DNA of 64,000 bases from Octopus vulgaris (GCA_951406725.2 OX597814.1:63302001-63366000); one strand, 5' to 3'; counted from the first letter of the stretch, positions 1-14,689 are shown. A program made the numbers and translations. Notes: a model not told the origin generated them from the sequence alone.

Positions 1-58
1 CACACATACGTTTACAGAATCTTACTGGGAAACGCACATATACAAACACTCATATACT

Positions 59-61
<3 letters not shown>

Positions 62-90
<29 letters not shown>

Positions 91-126
91 CGCACAAACA
101 CACTCTCATACACACACATGTATGTG

Positions 127-168
<42 letters not shown>

Positions 169-181
169 TATATATATATAC

Positions 182-229
<48 letters not shown>

Positions 230-291
230 TGTAGTTTCAGCTCATAGCTACGGCCATACTGATGCGCCGCCGTTAGAATAGAGAGAGAGAT

Positions 292-343
<52 letters not shown>

Positions 344-383
344 GTGTGTGTGTGTGTGTGTGTGAGTATGTATATATATATAA

Positions 384-419
<36 letters not shown>

Positions 420-438
420 TTATATATATATACATACT

Positions 439-478
<40 letters not shown>

Positions 479-488
479 CATTATATAT

Positions 489-521
<33 letters not shown>

Positions 522-560
522 TGTGTATGTGTTTGTGTGTCTGTGTTTATATCAGTTTAA
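62..560. repeat. Compound microsatellite block (CT)n/(TA)n/(CA)n
   Basis: Directly visible dinucleotide runs; these explain the YI/HT/CV pseudo-ORFs. Confidence 0.95.
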
Positions 561-750
561 GCGATTTGGCGGACAGACTTTTGAGAACTAAATAGGTTAA
601 TTAGAGAGGCTATATTTTTGTTAATAGAAGATAACATTACTTCAATGCAGTAGAACAAAGATATTAATAATTAAGTCATAATTTTTATACAGGATTGATG
701 CATAAAGGTTTCTTCTTTTCTCCGGCCTTGTGCCAAAATTTGAAACCATT

Positions 751-805
<55 letters not shown>

Positions 806-806
<1 letters not shown>

Positions 807-1333
807 GGTTTCTTTTAATTATAACTTATTTCATCTGCCTTAGTACCGGGCATCCTCCGGAGGCCAAGAGTAGCAAGGGCACTTTTGTTTTGCTATGCAT
901 GCTAAAATTATCACGACATTTATTCCATTTTAGATGGAGAGTACTTTGTGTAGTATATGGGCTGTAGCCATCAAGATTATCTTTTGTAGTTCACGGAGAT
1001 TGGGATTACCAGCGAGTTGCTTAATATAATCCTCAGCTCCGTTCTTTACCATTCTTTACGCACCAATTACTACTGGTATCATCGTAGTACTAAGCTTCTA
1101 CATTTTTGTGATTTCAATTTGCAGATCATTGTAGTGAGAAAGCATTTCATATTTTTTTCTTGAGACATTTTCATCTTGTGGAACAGACATATCTATTAAC
1201 AGACAAGTTCCTCTGTTGTAGTCCTTGATCACAATGTCTGGTTAATTGGAGTCAATTTTTCTGTTGGTTTGTATTCGGAAATTCCAACGTATGGTGACGC
1301 CCTTGCTATTTACTAAATCCTCTGAATGGTGCC
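806..1333 (-). mobile_element. Dong/R4-clade non-LTR retrotransposon 3' fragment (REL endonuclease), in (TAA)n
   Basis: Minus-strand translation with stops: ...PDIVIKDYNRGTCLLIDMSVP...YNDLQIEITKM...IPVVIGA...LQKIILMATAHILHKVLSI; flanked by (ATT)n. Confidence 0.8.
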
Positions 1334-1454
<121 letters not shown>

Positions 1455-1773
1455 GTAGTTTTATTTTTATATCTGTGTGCGTTGGGTATGTGCTGTGGTT
1501 TGTTGTGATGTTCTTATGGTTACTGTATTGAGAGTGTTTTGCGTAGGATGCTTGCAGTGTCCAGTAGTGCGATTTTCTGTATGTTATATATATTTGTAAG
1601 TCCTGGTGTTTTTGTTATGGATTTGTCTGAATAATTTTTTATCGTACCTAATGCGCCTACTATGATAGGAATTGTTTCTGTTTTTAGATTCCACATTCGA
1701 ATTACCTCTATTTCCAGGTCTTTGTATTTTGAAAGTTTCTTCATTTCTTTTAGAGAGATGTTGTCATCTGCTG
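1455..1773 (-). mobile_element. Dong/R4-clade LINE 3' fragment (REL C-terminus)
   Basis: ORF 1520-1744: KYKDLEIEVIRMW...IPIIVGALG...QKIALLDTASILRKTL; bounded by (TTA)n. Confidence 0.85.
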
Positions 1774-1829
1774 ATTATTATTATTATTATCATCATCATC
1801 ATCATGAGAGAGTATATTATTATTACTTT

Positions 1830-2125
1830 TTTATTCTCAGAGATCTCAGTCTTACTTGCTTTGTCGATTCTGTGAGAGAGGACAGCAGCATGTTGTCAGA
1901 GGTCTTACCGGATCTCTTTCCGCAAATTATTGGCTTTGGCTTTATTACATCGGGGTTAGCTTATTGTGGAAGACACTCAAGACCGAAGCATCAATCTCAA
2001 AATTTTAGCTGTCCCCAATAGAGCAGTTTTGAGGTCCTGCTGTTACCTCATAGCAATTCTAATTTCTCCGGCATATTTCTCGAACCTGGTTGTTAGTGTT
2101 CCGACTTCCCCTACAACTATTGGGC
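1830..2125 (-). mobile_element. Dong/R4-like LINE 3' fragment
   Basis: Minus strand reads IVVGEVG...KTALLGTAKILRLML; lies between ATT repeats. Confidence 0.7.
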
Positions 2126-2237
2126 TACTTTGTTATTATTATGGGATGAAGACTCTTGGCTTATTTTGGGCTTATTTTGATGAGTATGATGGAATGTGTC
2201 AGCTGTCCACAGCCAGCGGACTAAGATGACATTTGTT

Positions 2238-2275
<38 letters not shown>

Positions 2276-2812
2276 ATTATTTTTATTATTATCATATTCA
2301 TATTTGTTTCGTTGTCCTTCCTCCCAATCTCAGATATTTAAGAAAAAATATGTATAAATTGAAACTACAAACTTACATTTATTTATATTGCCTCATAACA
2401 CATTCCCCTAACTGATTGCTGATAAATTTGTGATTTTTTCCCTCCCCATATCATATTCGAGAAATTGTCTACCTTATTTAGCGGTGTATATGAGCGCAGT
2501 TGCAAGTTGTATTCTATGTTCAAAAAGTCAGTTTTAAACCTTGCCATACCGCCGGTATTTCAATATGTTTACAATCTTTAACTCACAATTTAAGGATAAA
2601 TTCCTTCTTAACGTAAGTAGTCTGACATTGTTTAAGTAGGTATAATTCCTTACGCAATTAAGCAATTAACAAATCAAAGATGTTTCTTGGTTTTGTGATG
2701 TTAGAACTATTACTGGAGTAGGTTCTACTGTCAAATATTTAGGATAAATACATTAACACACAAACACATATACACATTCATGCACGCGTATAAATATCAA
2801 TATTTTTTAAAG

Positions 2813-3132
2813 ACTCCGCCGGTTACGACGACGAGGGTCCCAGCTGATACGATCAACGGAACAGCTTGCTCGTGAAATTAACGTGCAAATGGCTGAGCAT
2901 TCCACAGACACGTGTACCCTTAACGTAGTTCTCGGGGATAATCAGCGTGATACAGAGAGTGACAAGGCTGACCCTTTGAAATACAAGTACAACTCATTTT
3001 TTCCAGCTGAGTGGACTGGAGCAACGTGAAATAAAGTGTCTTGCTCAAGGACACAACGCGTCGCCGGGAATCGAACTCACAACCTTACGATCATGAGCCG
3101 AATGCCCTAACCACTAAGCCACGCGCCCTCAC
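2813..3132 (-). mobile_element. tRNA-derived SINE
   Basis: Minus-strand head GGCGCGTGGCTTAGTGGTTAG (A box) ... GAGTTCGATTCCC (B box), then TGTCCTTGAGCAAGACACTT core-like segment. Confidence 0.85.
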
Positions 3133-4040
3133 AAATATCAATATATAACCAAATTTGAGAACATTTACATTTATCTTGTTAGAATTACATTGTTAGAAAC
3201 AGCACCAACTCTTGAAAGTACAAGCTAGCTATACTAAAAATTTTAAAGGGTATATTTAATAATGTTCTTGATAAACATTTTCATGAAGATGTAAATATGA
3301 TTGCTAAAATGTCTTCATAGATTAAGACCTACCGGTCAATCTAATCTAGAGATTGAATGTCACTATACGCAAACAAACGTATTATAATTTGTAGGTATGT
3401 GGTGAAACAATTATAGGAACGTTGCTGTTGATTGGCTATATGTTAGCTCTGATTGAGCAGAGACTACTCTAAGACATTCTATTCGTGAGAACGACGTAAT
3501 ATATTCAGGTATAGTGCCTCTATGACCTCCATTTTGTTAATTTCCTACAATTACAGATACAAAAGAAATTGGTTACAGAGTATAATATATCAAGTTGAAT
3601 ACTGGAATTTATGGTATTACATATATGTGTATGGTATTATATGTATATATACACACGCATGAACAGACGCACTTAAATATAGATTAACACAAAAAATATG
3701 AGGATCATGTTTCAGGGTACACTGCTGAAGTACAAAAGCTGAAAATAATTTAAACTACAAAAAAGTAATAACAGATAACTACATAAACTGCACAAGGAGG
3801 GAATGCCTCGAATATTGTTTTGACATTATAGTGTATGCTACGGTACTATTTCTTTTGATCAGTAACACAGTTTCTATATTCATTATAATGGGAAGAACAC
3901 ATCTTTCATCTGTGCAATAGCAGCATAAAATTAACTGTGAATAGCATCAAGCGGCGGCGGCATCGAAAAAGCATAGCAAAAATTGCTCGCCACTATTTTT
4001 TCCTCCTCTGTGATCATGCAATATATATTTGGCATATACA

Positions 4041-4101
<61 letters not shown>

Positions 4102-4696
4102 CATACATACATACATACATACATACATACGTATATGTACACAAAATACATATATATATATATGTATACATACACATATATACATATATTTATTTATGCA
4201 TGATTATATACATATGCATATACATCCACACTCACATATATGAGTATGAGTATATAGATTATATGCATATGTATATACATACACACATATATATTTCCTT
4301 CAGAATGTGTGTGTGTCTGTTTTGCCCGTTGTTAGTGATCTGTAATAAGGAAAAATTCAAGTAGTCAAATTCATCACATTCATGTGGTATAAATAAAGCT
4401 TATGAATATACGCATAAAAACATACTTACATGCACACATTCACACACACACACACGTTCAATGTCTCAGAAACCACAAACGCACACTCACACATTCACAC
4501 ACACGCGCACACTCACACACACTCGCTCTGTCTCAGATACCACATACACGCGCGCGTGCGTAGTCTTTGAAGGAATTCAAGGTGCAGTTTTTCATGATAA
4601 ACGACGGGCTTCATTTGTTAAGTTATGGACTGTGAGGATTTAAAAATGAATGCACTCTCAAAATCTATTTGCGTAACAAAAATTATATGTTTGTTT

Positions 4697-4990
4697 TTTG
4701 TTCCTTCTCGAGCCATTTCTGGTTCATAAGGGCCGGTTTCCCAGTTTCCTTGGCGTATAGGTTCCCCACCTGGACGGGACGCCGGTCCGTCGCAGGTGAG
4801 CTGCAAGATACAGGAGGAAAGAGTGAAAGTTGTGGCGAAAGAGTCAGCAGAAGTTTGCCGTTACCTTCTGCTGGAGCTGCGTGGAGCTGAGGAGTTTCGC
4901 TCATAAACACACACATCTCCCGGCCTGAGATTTGAATCCGCGATCCCTCGACCGTGAATCCGCTGCTCTAACCAATAGGCCATGTGACCC
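4697..4990 (-). mobile_element. tRNA-derived SINE with V/Meta-like central motif
   Basis: A box TGGCCTATTGGTTAG, B box GGATTCAAATCTC, motif GCGACGGACCGGCGTCCCGTCCAGG, A-rich tail. Confidence 0.75.
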
Positions 4991-5427
4991 CATTATATGA
5001 CTCAATAGAAAGTACAAAGCAAGGAATAAGATAGTAGAGTGAAAATAAAAATGACAGTGCAAATAAAGTAAACTTAACACTACTAATGAGAATATATATC
5101 GGTATGTACTACTCTGAATTATTATTAGAGAGTATACATAGGCATGTACTAATCTATAGCACCAAAAATGGTGTTAGAGACGAGAAAGGAAGCAAATAGT
5201 AAAAATTAGTCGCACAGAGAACCGCATTGAAATCTTGTACATTGGAAATTACACATAAAAGTAGAGATAATGCATATTCTTTATGCGTATATTTTTTATT
5301 CTTTTATTGTAGTTTTAACGATATCAACATGGTAGTTGCACATGCATGTCCGTGCTTGTGCAAGTATTTGGGATCTCTACGTGTGCAGATATGAATACTT
5401 TGTTTTATGTATGTGTAATCATACATA

Positions 5428-6206
5428 CAGGGTGGGGAAGCAAAATTTACAATGAATGTTAAGTTTTGTTGACAACAGCTATGAAGGAAAAGAGATTGGA
5501 GAGGTGCAAGAAAATTATTACATGGTTCAAGAAAAAGTCCTCCATTGTAACGACCATTTCAGATGAAAAGATCTTCACTCTCGATGTTGTTCTGAACAGC
5601 AGAAATGACAGATTTATCGCAAAATCAACAACTGAGGGGACACTCAAAAGAAAAGATCCTGCTTAAGTTATGGCTTTTGGCGTTGTGGCTTCCGATGGAA
5701 AGAAAATGCCTATAAAATTCTACAAAGCTGATGAAAAGACCAATGTTAATACTTACTACAAGACTCTGAGATACCAGGTATTGCTCCAGCCCACACAGCT
5801 AGAAAAATACAAGATTTCTGAAAATCCAACTTCAGCAATTTTTTTGACTCATGTTTATGGCCGCCTTCTAGCCCAGATCTAAACTCTCTGGATTATGCTA
5901 GTTGGGGCGTTTTAGAACATGCTACCAATAGAACATCACACAGCAATGTCGACTCTCTTAAAGATACTATTAAAGAAGAATGGGAGACGTTGTCTCCCGA
6001 ATATTTGAGGAACACCTGTGCAAGTTTAAGGAAGCGTGTGAAGGCAGTTATTGAGAAAGAAGGAGGACACATATAATAAAAATATTTTCTATTATGTAAA
6101 TTGTCTTGTGGCGAATAAATTCTCATGACGTTCAAGAAACAAATTGGTCATACACTGTCTTTCAATCCCTGCTTCAAAGTATTGTAAATTTTGCTTCCCC
6201 ACCCTA
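5428..6206 (+). mobile_element. Tc1/mariner superfamily (maT/DD37D-like) transposon, internally deleted, decayed
   Basis: TIRs CAGGGTGGGGAAGCAAAATTTACAAT / ATTGTAAATTTTGCTTCCCCACCCTA with TA flanks; transposase remnants ISDEKIFT, MAFGVVASDGKKMP, WPPSSPDL..LDY. Confidence 0.9.
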
Positions 6207-6570
6207 TATAGTTCCTTGTCTATAGATGTCCATATGTACCTACTTGTAAAATACTGGTTAAGATTTACATATTTTACTGTATGATTGATGGCCTGTCTTC
6301 TAAGTAGGTTTCTCTATAACGGTTGTGAGAATTGCAATTTCTCAAAATTAGTGTTAAGGCAGTTGGTTTCGTATCAAATAGCTTCAGTAATTACTGGTAT
6401 AAACCTAAAATTGTAGTGCGAGTGGAATATCTATAACTTTCGCAACAGCTCAACGTATGTATTTTCTCTTTCGCGTATACTTTAGATTTATACAGATATC
6501 TGTTGGGAAACTACTGTATTATGTATGTATGTATGTATGTATGTATGTATGTATGTATGTATGTATGCAT

Positions 6571-7050
6571 GTCATTGTTCAGTTTCATTTCAAGATTTCT
6601 TTCCAATAGAGAAGAAGCAGTTTCTAACCTAGATCCAAGGCTTTTTCGCTGGAATTTCAACAACATGAACATGGCATTTTTGTATGTATGTATGTATGTA
6701 TGTATGTATGTATGTATGTATGTATGTATTTATGTATGTATGTATTTATGTATGTATTTATGTATGTATGTATGTATGTATGTGTGTATGTATATGTACA
6801 GATTTGTATGTTTTGTTTTATGTATGTTTTCTCATGCTTGTATTTGCATATCTAAACATGCTATAAACTTCTGGAAAGTTTTCCAGATTTTTATAGTTCC
6901 AGTGATGGATTGGATCTGTAGTCTTCGAATTAGCTTTCTCCATTCTGGTTTTGAGAAGCCCAATTTCTCAAGATTGGTACTTAGGCAGTGTATTACATAT
7001 TCCAGCACTCCAGTAGCTACATGTATACACTAAACTTGTAACCTAGAAGA
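6571..7050 (-). mobile_element. REL-endonuclease LINE 3' end embedded in (TATG)n, copy 1
   Basis: Minus strand: ...LEKLGFSKPEWRKLIRRLQIQSITGTIKIWKTFQKF, then a 3' UTR containing (CATA)n. Confidence 0.65.
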
Positions 7051-7206
7051 GTAAGTGCAAATTATCAATAGTCAGCGTAGGAGTATGTATGTATGTATGT
7101 ATGTATGTATGTATGTATGTATGTATGTATGTATGTATGTATGTATGTATGTATGTATGTATGTATGTATGTGTGTATGTGTGTGTGTATGTATGTATGT
7201 ATGTAT

Positions 7207-7585
7207 GCCATTATCCAATTTTATTTCAAAACTTCTTGTTAATAGAGAAAGAGCAGCTGGCTTCTAACCTAAATCCAACTTTCTTCCTTGGAATTACAAC
7301 ATCAACAGGGCATTTTTGCATATATGTAGGTCTATATGCTGTATTTGGAATCAGTGCATGTACTGATTTCATTTTTTGTTCTATAATTGTTTCTCATCTA
7401 TAAAGTTGCATGTCTTGATATGCATATATATACCTAAATAATAAACTTCTGGAAAGCTTTACAAATTTTTACAGTTCCAGTGATCGATTGGATCTGTAGT
7501 CTTCGAATCAGCCTTCACCTTTCTAGTTTTGACAAGCCTAGTTTCTCAAGATTGGTAATTAGGCAGTTTGTTACATATCCCAGTG
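7207..7585 (-). mobile_element. REL-endonuclease LINE 3' end embedded in (TATG)n, copy 2
   Basis: Diverged direct repeat of 6571-7050 (shared ATAAACTTCTGGAAAG and GGATCTGTAGTCTTCGAAT). Confidence 0.65.
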
Positions 7586-8093
7586 TATGTATGTATGTAT
7601 GTATGTATGTATGTATGTATGTATGTATGTATGTATGTATGTATGTATGTATGTATGTATGTATTTATGTATGTATGTATGTATGTATGCATGTGTACAT
7701 GTATGTATGTATGTATGTACGTACGTAAGTATAAAAGTATGTATGTATGTAGGTAGGTAGTTAGGTAAGTATGTAGGTAGGTATGTGTGTGAGGGCATGT
7801 CTTTACTGATCTAATATATATAGCAATTTATAATGTTCAGTGCACTTAATAACCTTCTTCGGTTTCTATATGCTATTGAATTTGACACCTGAGACATGCT
7901 TAAAAGGAGTCATTGACAAATGTGGAAGTTACCTCTAGATGTATAAATTGATGTGCAATATTCAGCTGACTTGCCGACTGCTTACAACTCAATACGGCGC
8001 AAGAAAGAACGTGCACAGAACATATATATAAATACATTTATATGTACGTACATGTGTATATATATATATATATGTATGTATATATATATATAC

Positions 8094-8155
<62 letters not shown>

Positions 8156-8353
8156 GTGTGTGTGTGTGTGTGAATGTATGAAAATAGACGTGTATATATA
8201 ATATTTCACACATATGTGTATGTGTCTATACAGAAATGTTTGTATTAATGTAAATGTATACCTATCTCGCCCACTCCCTCAATCAATATATATATATATG
8301 CATGTGTGTGTGTGTGTGTGTCACTTTCTTTCTTTCTCCGTGTCTCTCTCTCT

Positions 8354-8401
<48 letters not shown>

Positions 8402-9877
8402 GCACAAGACACGCAGACACATATATACATTAAGTATTTAAGTATTTATCGTTCCAATATTTGTCGATATCTGTCGCACATCGACATTTTTTCTAGACAC
8501 TATCGTTATGCTGTGCGAATCTGTTATATCATTACCTTTGGCTACAATAGATTACCTTCAATTTTTTTCTATTCAATAACATTTCTTGCCACTATCGTAA
8601 AGAAACAAACATATACCTGCAAATTGCTCGAGTATCTAAAATCTTAATCACCCTCAACTCGTACATAGCCTCCAACAAGAATAGAAATATGTCACATACT
8701 AATATACGAAATGTAATAATTTGAACTTTGTTTCATACAATATTGCGCTGTGTCATAAGTCAGCTTATTCAGCACCCAACTGAAGCTAAACAGTGAGAAG
8801 AATGTAAAATATAATCTTCCGATTAGGGAATGGGCAATTATGATATCTCTCGATCTGCAAGAAACATCAGCCCAACAATTTTCATCACACTATATGCTAT
8901 CGTCTTTAAAGGGGACTGGCACATTAGATACTGTAGGCTTAGATGGGCAGCATTCAAATGCAGAAATGGATTACGTTGTATCAAAGGTGTAGCCGGTCAC
9001 GGTCGACTTATGGCTGAACAATAACAAAAACATCAATGATATCGCTTGTGCTGAGTAAAAAGAAATTCAATGAATTTGTGGATCTGTAGTGAAGTAGAGT
9101 TTCGTGTTGTATTTGTTAGGCAACCTTTTTTATATTTTTGGAGTAATTTCTAGGCGTTGCGCTTCATAATTATCATCAATAATGTAAGAAGAATGTCAAG
9201 TCATAGAATTCTATGTGTTGTCTCACTTCTGACAATGCTAGCATTGACTATGTTGCATTATGTCGTGAAGAGTTTAGACGCTTAAGTCTAGTAAATATCA
9301 GAAACGCTAAACTGACGACCAAAATGCTTTGCAATAATAAATTATAGCCTTTACCTTTTTAGTCCAAGTCTACTTATCATTGCTTTTCACCTTTCTATGA
9401 TCGATAAAATTAAGTAACGCTCAAATACTGATGTCGAATTTTATTCTAAAAGAGCATCTTAGAATTTTATGTCATCATAATCCAGTTAGAAGAATATCTT
9501 TGCTCGTAGATGTTACACTGGGGTTTGTACTACTGTTTGTTCTATTTAGCTTGATTGAGCTGATAGATGTCAAGAAACATATAGGCTGGACCCTCTAGTA
9601 GTGGTTTTAGAGAGATTTCAGCTCAGATAATTTTATCAAATATATTCGTCATTTTAAAGAAGCTAATATATCTGATTTGAGGGAGTTTGGTATAAAGTTT
9701 AATGTTAAAATTCATTCACATTCTAAAGGATGATAAGTAATATTAACTTCGGTGAATTTTGAATGCAGAATGTAAAGATCCAGATGAAATACTGTTAAGC
9801 ATTTTGTCCGATGCGTTAACAATTCTGCTAGCTCACCTCCTTTTCGATAATATCCAATAATAATAATAATAATAATA

Positions 9878-9915
<38 letters not shown>

Positions 9916-9946
9916 AATAATAATTATTATAATAGTAATAATAATA

Positions 9947-9998
<52 letters not shown>

Positions 9999-10000
<2 letters not shown>

Positions 10001-10469
10001 GTATAAAAGATGGGCTACAACAAATATTCTGCTCAATACCACAGATTTGCTTGTCAGTTGTTTGACCTTAACCAGTTGAGCATGTCCCTTAGTGGCTGAC
10101 GATATGTGCATCTCTGTTCACGAGCAGAAGTAGTGGGGGAGCATCATAGCCATTTGTTGAGAGGGATTCTTTGGGGTTTGAATAGTTCACCTCTGGAAAC
10201 ATGGGTGGTTCTTTCAACATCCTTAAACAACCCTTATTCAGGGACCGTTTGAGCGGGATGGGCTACTCAACCTGAAGAAAATTCTAACTGGGCCCCACCT
10301 GCAAGGTCATGTGCTGTTTATCTTGATATGAGATCACCATGTCGCGCACATATGGTTGTGATGCATGTGCCTGGTGTACCTTTATCAGACGGGTAGTCAT
10401 GATGGGTATATTGGGCTTCTTATATTTTACCCCAGTGTCACTTTGATGGCATGAACTGCTCTCTCACTC

Positions 10470-10470
<1 letters not shown>
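9999..10470 (+). repeat. Non-coding interspersed repeat inserted in (TAA)n, copy 1
   Basis: Homologous to 12205-12725; begins and ends in (AAT)n. Confidence 0.8.
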
Positions 10471-10508
<38 letters not shown>

Positions 10509-10527
10509 TATTATTATTATTATTATA

Positions 10528-12130
10528 ACTCTGATCCCACTTTCTGCAGTCCTACGCAAAGCCAACGCACTATGAGCTGAGAAGGAAAGGACTTCCTATC
10601 AAACACTTTCTCTTCATCGATGATTAAAACTGTTCGCAAAAAGAGAGCCTGAAATAGAGTGGCTGGTTGAGACTGTGCAAATGTGCAGCAAGGATATAGG
10701 GTTGGAATTCGGTATGTAGAAGTGTGCAGTGCTTACTTTGTAGCGGGGCAAAAGAGTAAATTGTTGCGGCATAGAATTGCCAAACGGAGAGAGAATGGAA
10801 GACCTGGATGATGGTGGGTGCAAGTACCATGGGGTCCTGGAGCTGGACAATATTTTGCAAAAAAGAATTGAAAGTTATCATTGCATATTTCAAGCGCCTT
10901 AAATTTCTCTTGAAATCAAAACTCAACTCAAGAAACCTTGTGACTGCCATCAACATATGGGCGGTTGCTGTTGTCTACACTAGTACACCCATCCTGAAAT
11001 GGACACAAGCGGAGATTAACCAACACGATAGCGCTACCCGAAAGACAATGACAATGTATGGTGCCCTGCACCACAAGGCGAATGTACACAGGTTCTACAT
11101 GAAGAGGGGTAAAGGTGGACGTGGGCTGATTATCGTACATGAGTGCATCAACAGTGAAAGAATAAACATATTAAACAGCAAACAAGACCAGTTACAATAT
11201 GCTATTAATACAGAAGGATGTAACAAAAATGGGCTTGAGGGTGACAACGAGAGAGAGGAAACCCTACTCCGCATGGAATTAGATGATGATTTCCACTGTG
11301 AAACCAACAAATTAAATGACCAGGAAGCATCATGGAGGTGGCTTAACAAGGGTGACCTAAAAGAGAATATTGAAAGCCCAATCATCGCTGCTCAGGCCGA
11401 GGCACTGAATACCAACTCAGTGAAAAAGAATATATACCACACTTTTGCAACGGACTTCTGCAGGATGTATCCGAAGAGGTCGAAAGCGTGATTCACATTG
11501 TTAGTGCTTGTGAAGGTATTTCACAGAAAGAGTACACACGTAGACACAACAAGGTAGCCCAGAACCTCCACTGACTTCTATGCCGTAAGTATGGATATGA
11601 GAATACAGGTGCTTGTTACTAACATACACGGGAAAAGGTAATGGAGAAAAAAAGGAAGGCAAAAATCCTCTGAGACTTTGACTTCCAGACATACAAGGTA
11701 TTAGAGCACTGAAGGCCGGATATTTTACCCTTTAAGAGGGACAAACAAGAGCCTCATAATTGACGTCGCAGTGCCAGGAGATCAGCATATCATCATGAAA
11801 GAAAGAGAAAGGTTGATAAATATGGAGACCTGAAAAGTGAGATTGCTAAGATGTGGCTGATACAAGAGTCAAATATAAAGTTTATCCCTATTGTCATCGG
11901 AGCATTGGGTTCAATACCACCCAATCTGAAACAAAATCTAAAAAATTTAGAAACACTCAACAATCTAGGTGTATTTCAAAAGTCGGCATTACTTGGAACT
12001 GCACACATATTGCGTAAAGTACTGTCTATATGAGGCCCTTCTTGTGACTTGACAAACAGTGCAAACCCTCAGTAGACACAATAGTTTCAATCAACAAGCT
12101 CACAATATTGTATACTGTGCAACGTCTATC
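10528..12130 (+). mobile_element. Dong/R4-clade LINE, 5'-truncated, decayed (RT C-terminus, CCHC finger, REL)
   Basis: Late RT motifs (DIGLEFG..KCA; GRGL), AAQAEALNTN..CRM..HIVSAC finger, PDI..IDVAVP, IPIVIGALG..QKSALLGTAHILRKVL; (AAT)n on both sides. Confidence 0.9.
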
Positions 12131-12145
12131 ATAATAATAATGATG

Positions 12146-12202
<57 letters not shown>

Positions 12203-12204
12203 GA

Positions 12205-12725
12205 TGCAATACCAGGCACTGGCTCTTATGTCTTCTGATCTTAACTGACTGGAAGTGTTATCATGTATATGATTTGTCTTGGTATAAAAGAGGGGCTACA
12301 GCAAATATTCTGCTCAATACAACAGATTTGCTTGTCTGTTGTTTCACCTTAACTAGTTGAGCATGTCCCTTAGTGGCTGACGATATGTGCATCTCTAATC
12401 ATGAGCAGAAGTAGTGGGGGTGCATGTGTTGAGAGAAATTCGTTGGGATTTGAATAATTCACCTCGGGAAACATTATTGTTTCGTTCAAAAGCCTTAAAC
12501 AAATCTTATTGAGGGATGTTTTTAGCGGGTTGGGGCTACACGACCTGAAGAAAATTCTAACTTGGTCCCACCTGCAAGGTCATGCGCTGTTTATCTTAAT
12601 ATAAGATCACCAGGTCGCGCACATATGGTTGTGATGCATGTGTCTGGTGTGCCCTTATCAGACGAGTAGTTATGATGTGTATATCGAATTTCGTATATTT
12701 TACACCAGTGTCACTTTGATGTTTT
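12205..12725 (+). repeat. Non-coding interspersed repeat inserted in (TAA)n, copy 2
   Basis: Diverged copy of 9999-10470 with extra 5' sequence. Confidence 0.8.
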
Positions 12726-13097
12726 CTCCCGCAATGATAATTATGATAATTATAATAACAATCGGTTATTATTGCCATGAGCAAAGGAGGCGAAGTACTA
12801 TCAGAATGCAAAGAAAAAAATGAACATCGCTATACCAAGATAATGTAAACTTTTCATTGATTTGTTTTACGTAAGATTCATAAACACGTAACGTCTCAGG
12901 ATTTTGGAATCAATACATAACAGTTTCACCTTTCTTATATAACCTAAAACCTAGAATATTCCTAGATATTGGCTAAATGCCAGGATAGATGCAATTGATC
13001 CAAGCTGTTCCTGTATATAATAAAGCTCAATACTAACTGAATAAACAGATAGAGTAAGTTCCTGGTGAGCACAAAATGTATATTTTTATTTTGTTAA

Positions 13098-13345
13098 GAC
13101 AGCGAGCTGGCAGAATTGTTAGCACGCCGATCAAAATGTTCAAACATCATTTGGTTCGTCTTTACGTTCTGAGTTCAAATTCCTCTGCAGTTCAATTTGC
13201 CTTTCATTTTTTTTTCGAAGTCGAATTTGCCGTTCCTCTTTTCACGCTCGATAAAATAAGAACTAGTCGAACACTGGGGTCTATGTAATCGATTTACCTC
13301 CTCATCCGAAAATTTTGGCTTATTTAGCTAAAATTTGAAACCAAT
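13098..13345 (+). mobile_element. SINE-like repeat (GAGCTGGCAGAA...TCTGAGTTCAAAT family)
   Basis: Homologous to 55772-56003. Confidence 0.7.
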
Positions 13346-14592
13346 ATCTAGTGCTTATAGATAAAACATGTATAAAGGACCACGTCAACGAAGTGACCTC
13401 CAGAAATAGCAGCAAATTTGCATCATGTTCCATCGTACAAAATAGAAGAACGGTGTAACGTATAATGTTGTCTCACAAGAATGACGGTATAATTACATCA
13501 GCGAAGTTTTTTTTATGAGATACCTATTCATCGGCAGTTAAGCCAGGGAGAATCAATGAGAACAATATATATGAATGAGAAATAATTTTTAGTCCCTACT
13601 TGACGGCAAATGATACATATTTCAGTAATATTTGATTTAAGACAAATATTAATAACTGGGATCTATAAAGATGTAATGTAATGCACGTTCTCTTTGCTAT
13701 TCTGTTTAGAGATAGTAGTTATCTCCAGGTTCAGCATGAGGTGCTAGTAGCTACAGTGAGTCATTCAGAATTAATATAAATAGAAATGAAGACGTTACGC
13801 AATCTATCCAATCTTTCAAAATCATAGGTTGTAGAAAGTAGCAAAATATGACCTCAAAGTTGTTTTCATTGCTAACGTTAATTGTTGATTTATTTGCAAA
13901 CTTGGTTAATCACATGTAAGCTAAGATGATAGTCATTTTTTATAATACAGGTTTAAACTCCTAATAAACGGTATTATTAAGCTGACCGTTGGGGAGATCG
14001 CTGAAAAAAAACTTCCAGGATCGTAATGATGTATCATTTTCGTGATAAATATCTTTAGACTTTGTATGACCCTTCAGTATTAGGAAATTCAATCGGCTCG
14101 TCATTGTACTCGTTTTTTCAGTAACATATATTCAAAAGCGTATTAGAGATATGGAACCGATAAACATTCTTCACGTATCTTATCTATCTATACCGCCTAA
14201 CAAAGAAAAATAAAACATATAGATATTGGAATTCATATACAAATATATACCAACCCATATTTGCTCACACGCATATAACACACATACACACACACAAATT
14301 AACGCAAACTCATATATGTGTGATTCATGAGAACATGAGCCTCTGTGTGTGCGTGTGTGTGTGTACGCTTGTGTATATGTGTGTGTCAGTGTACGATGTT
14401 ATTCATTTGTTTTATTTTTTCCAGTCATGGTACCGCGAACATTCTGAATAGTCTAGTAAATCAAATCGGCTTGTAATTTACTGTCTAGTTCTTACCCTAT
14501 AGAGGCTTACGCTGAACTAATAAGTTCTGGGTTCGTGAACAAACCAACACCGATTGTAAAGCGGTGCAGGGACAATCACAAATGCAGCACAG

Positions 14593-14625
<33 letters not shown>

Positions 14626-14689
14626 TGTATGTATGTATGTATGTATGTATGTGCGTATATATGTGTATATATACATATATACGTATATA

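Noticed and set aside
9999-12725. LTR retrotransposon (direct repeats flanking RT)
   Set aside because: The interior is a non-LTR REL element; the repeats differ in length and are separated from it by (AAT)n
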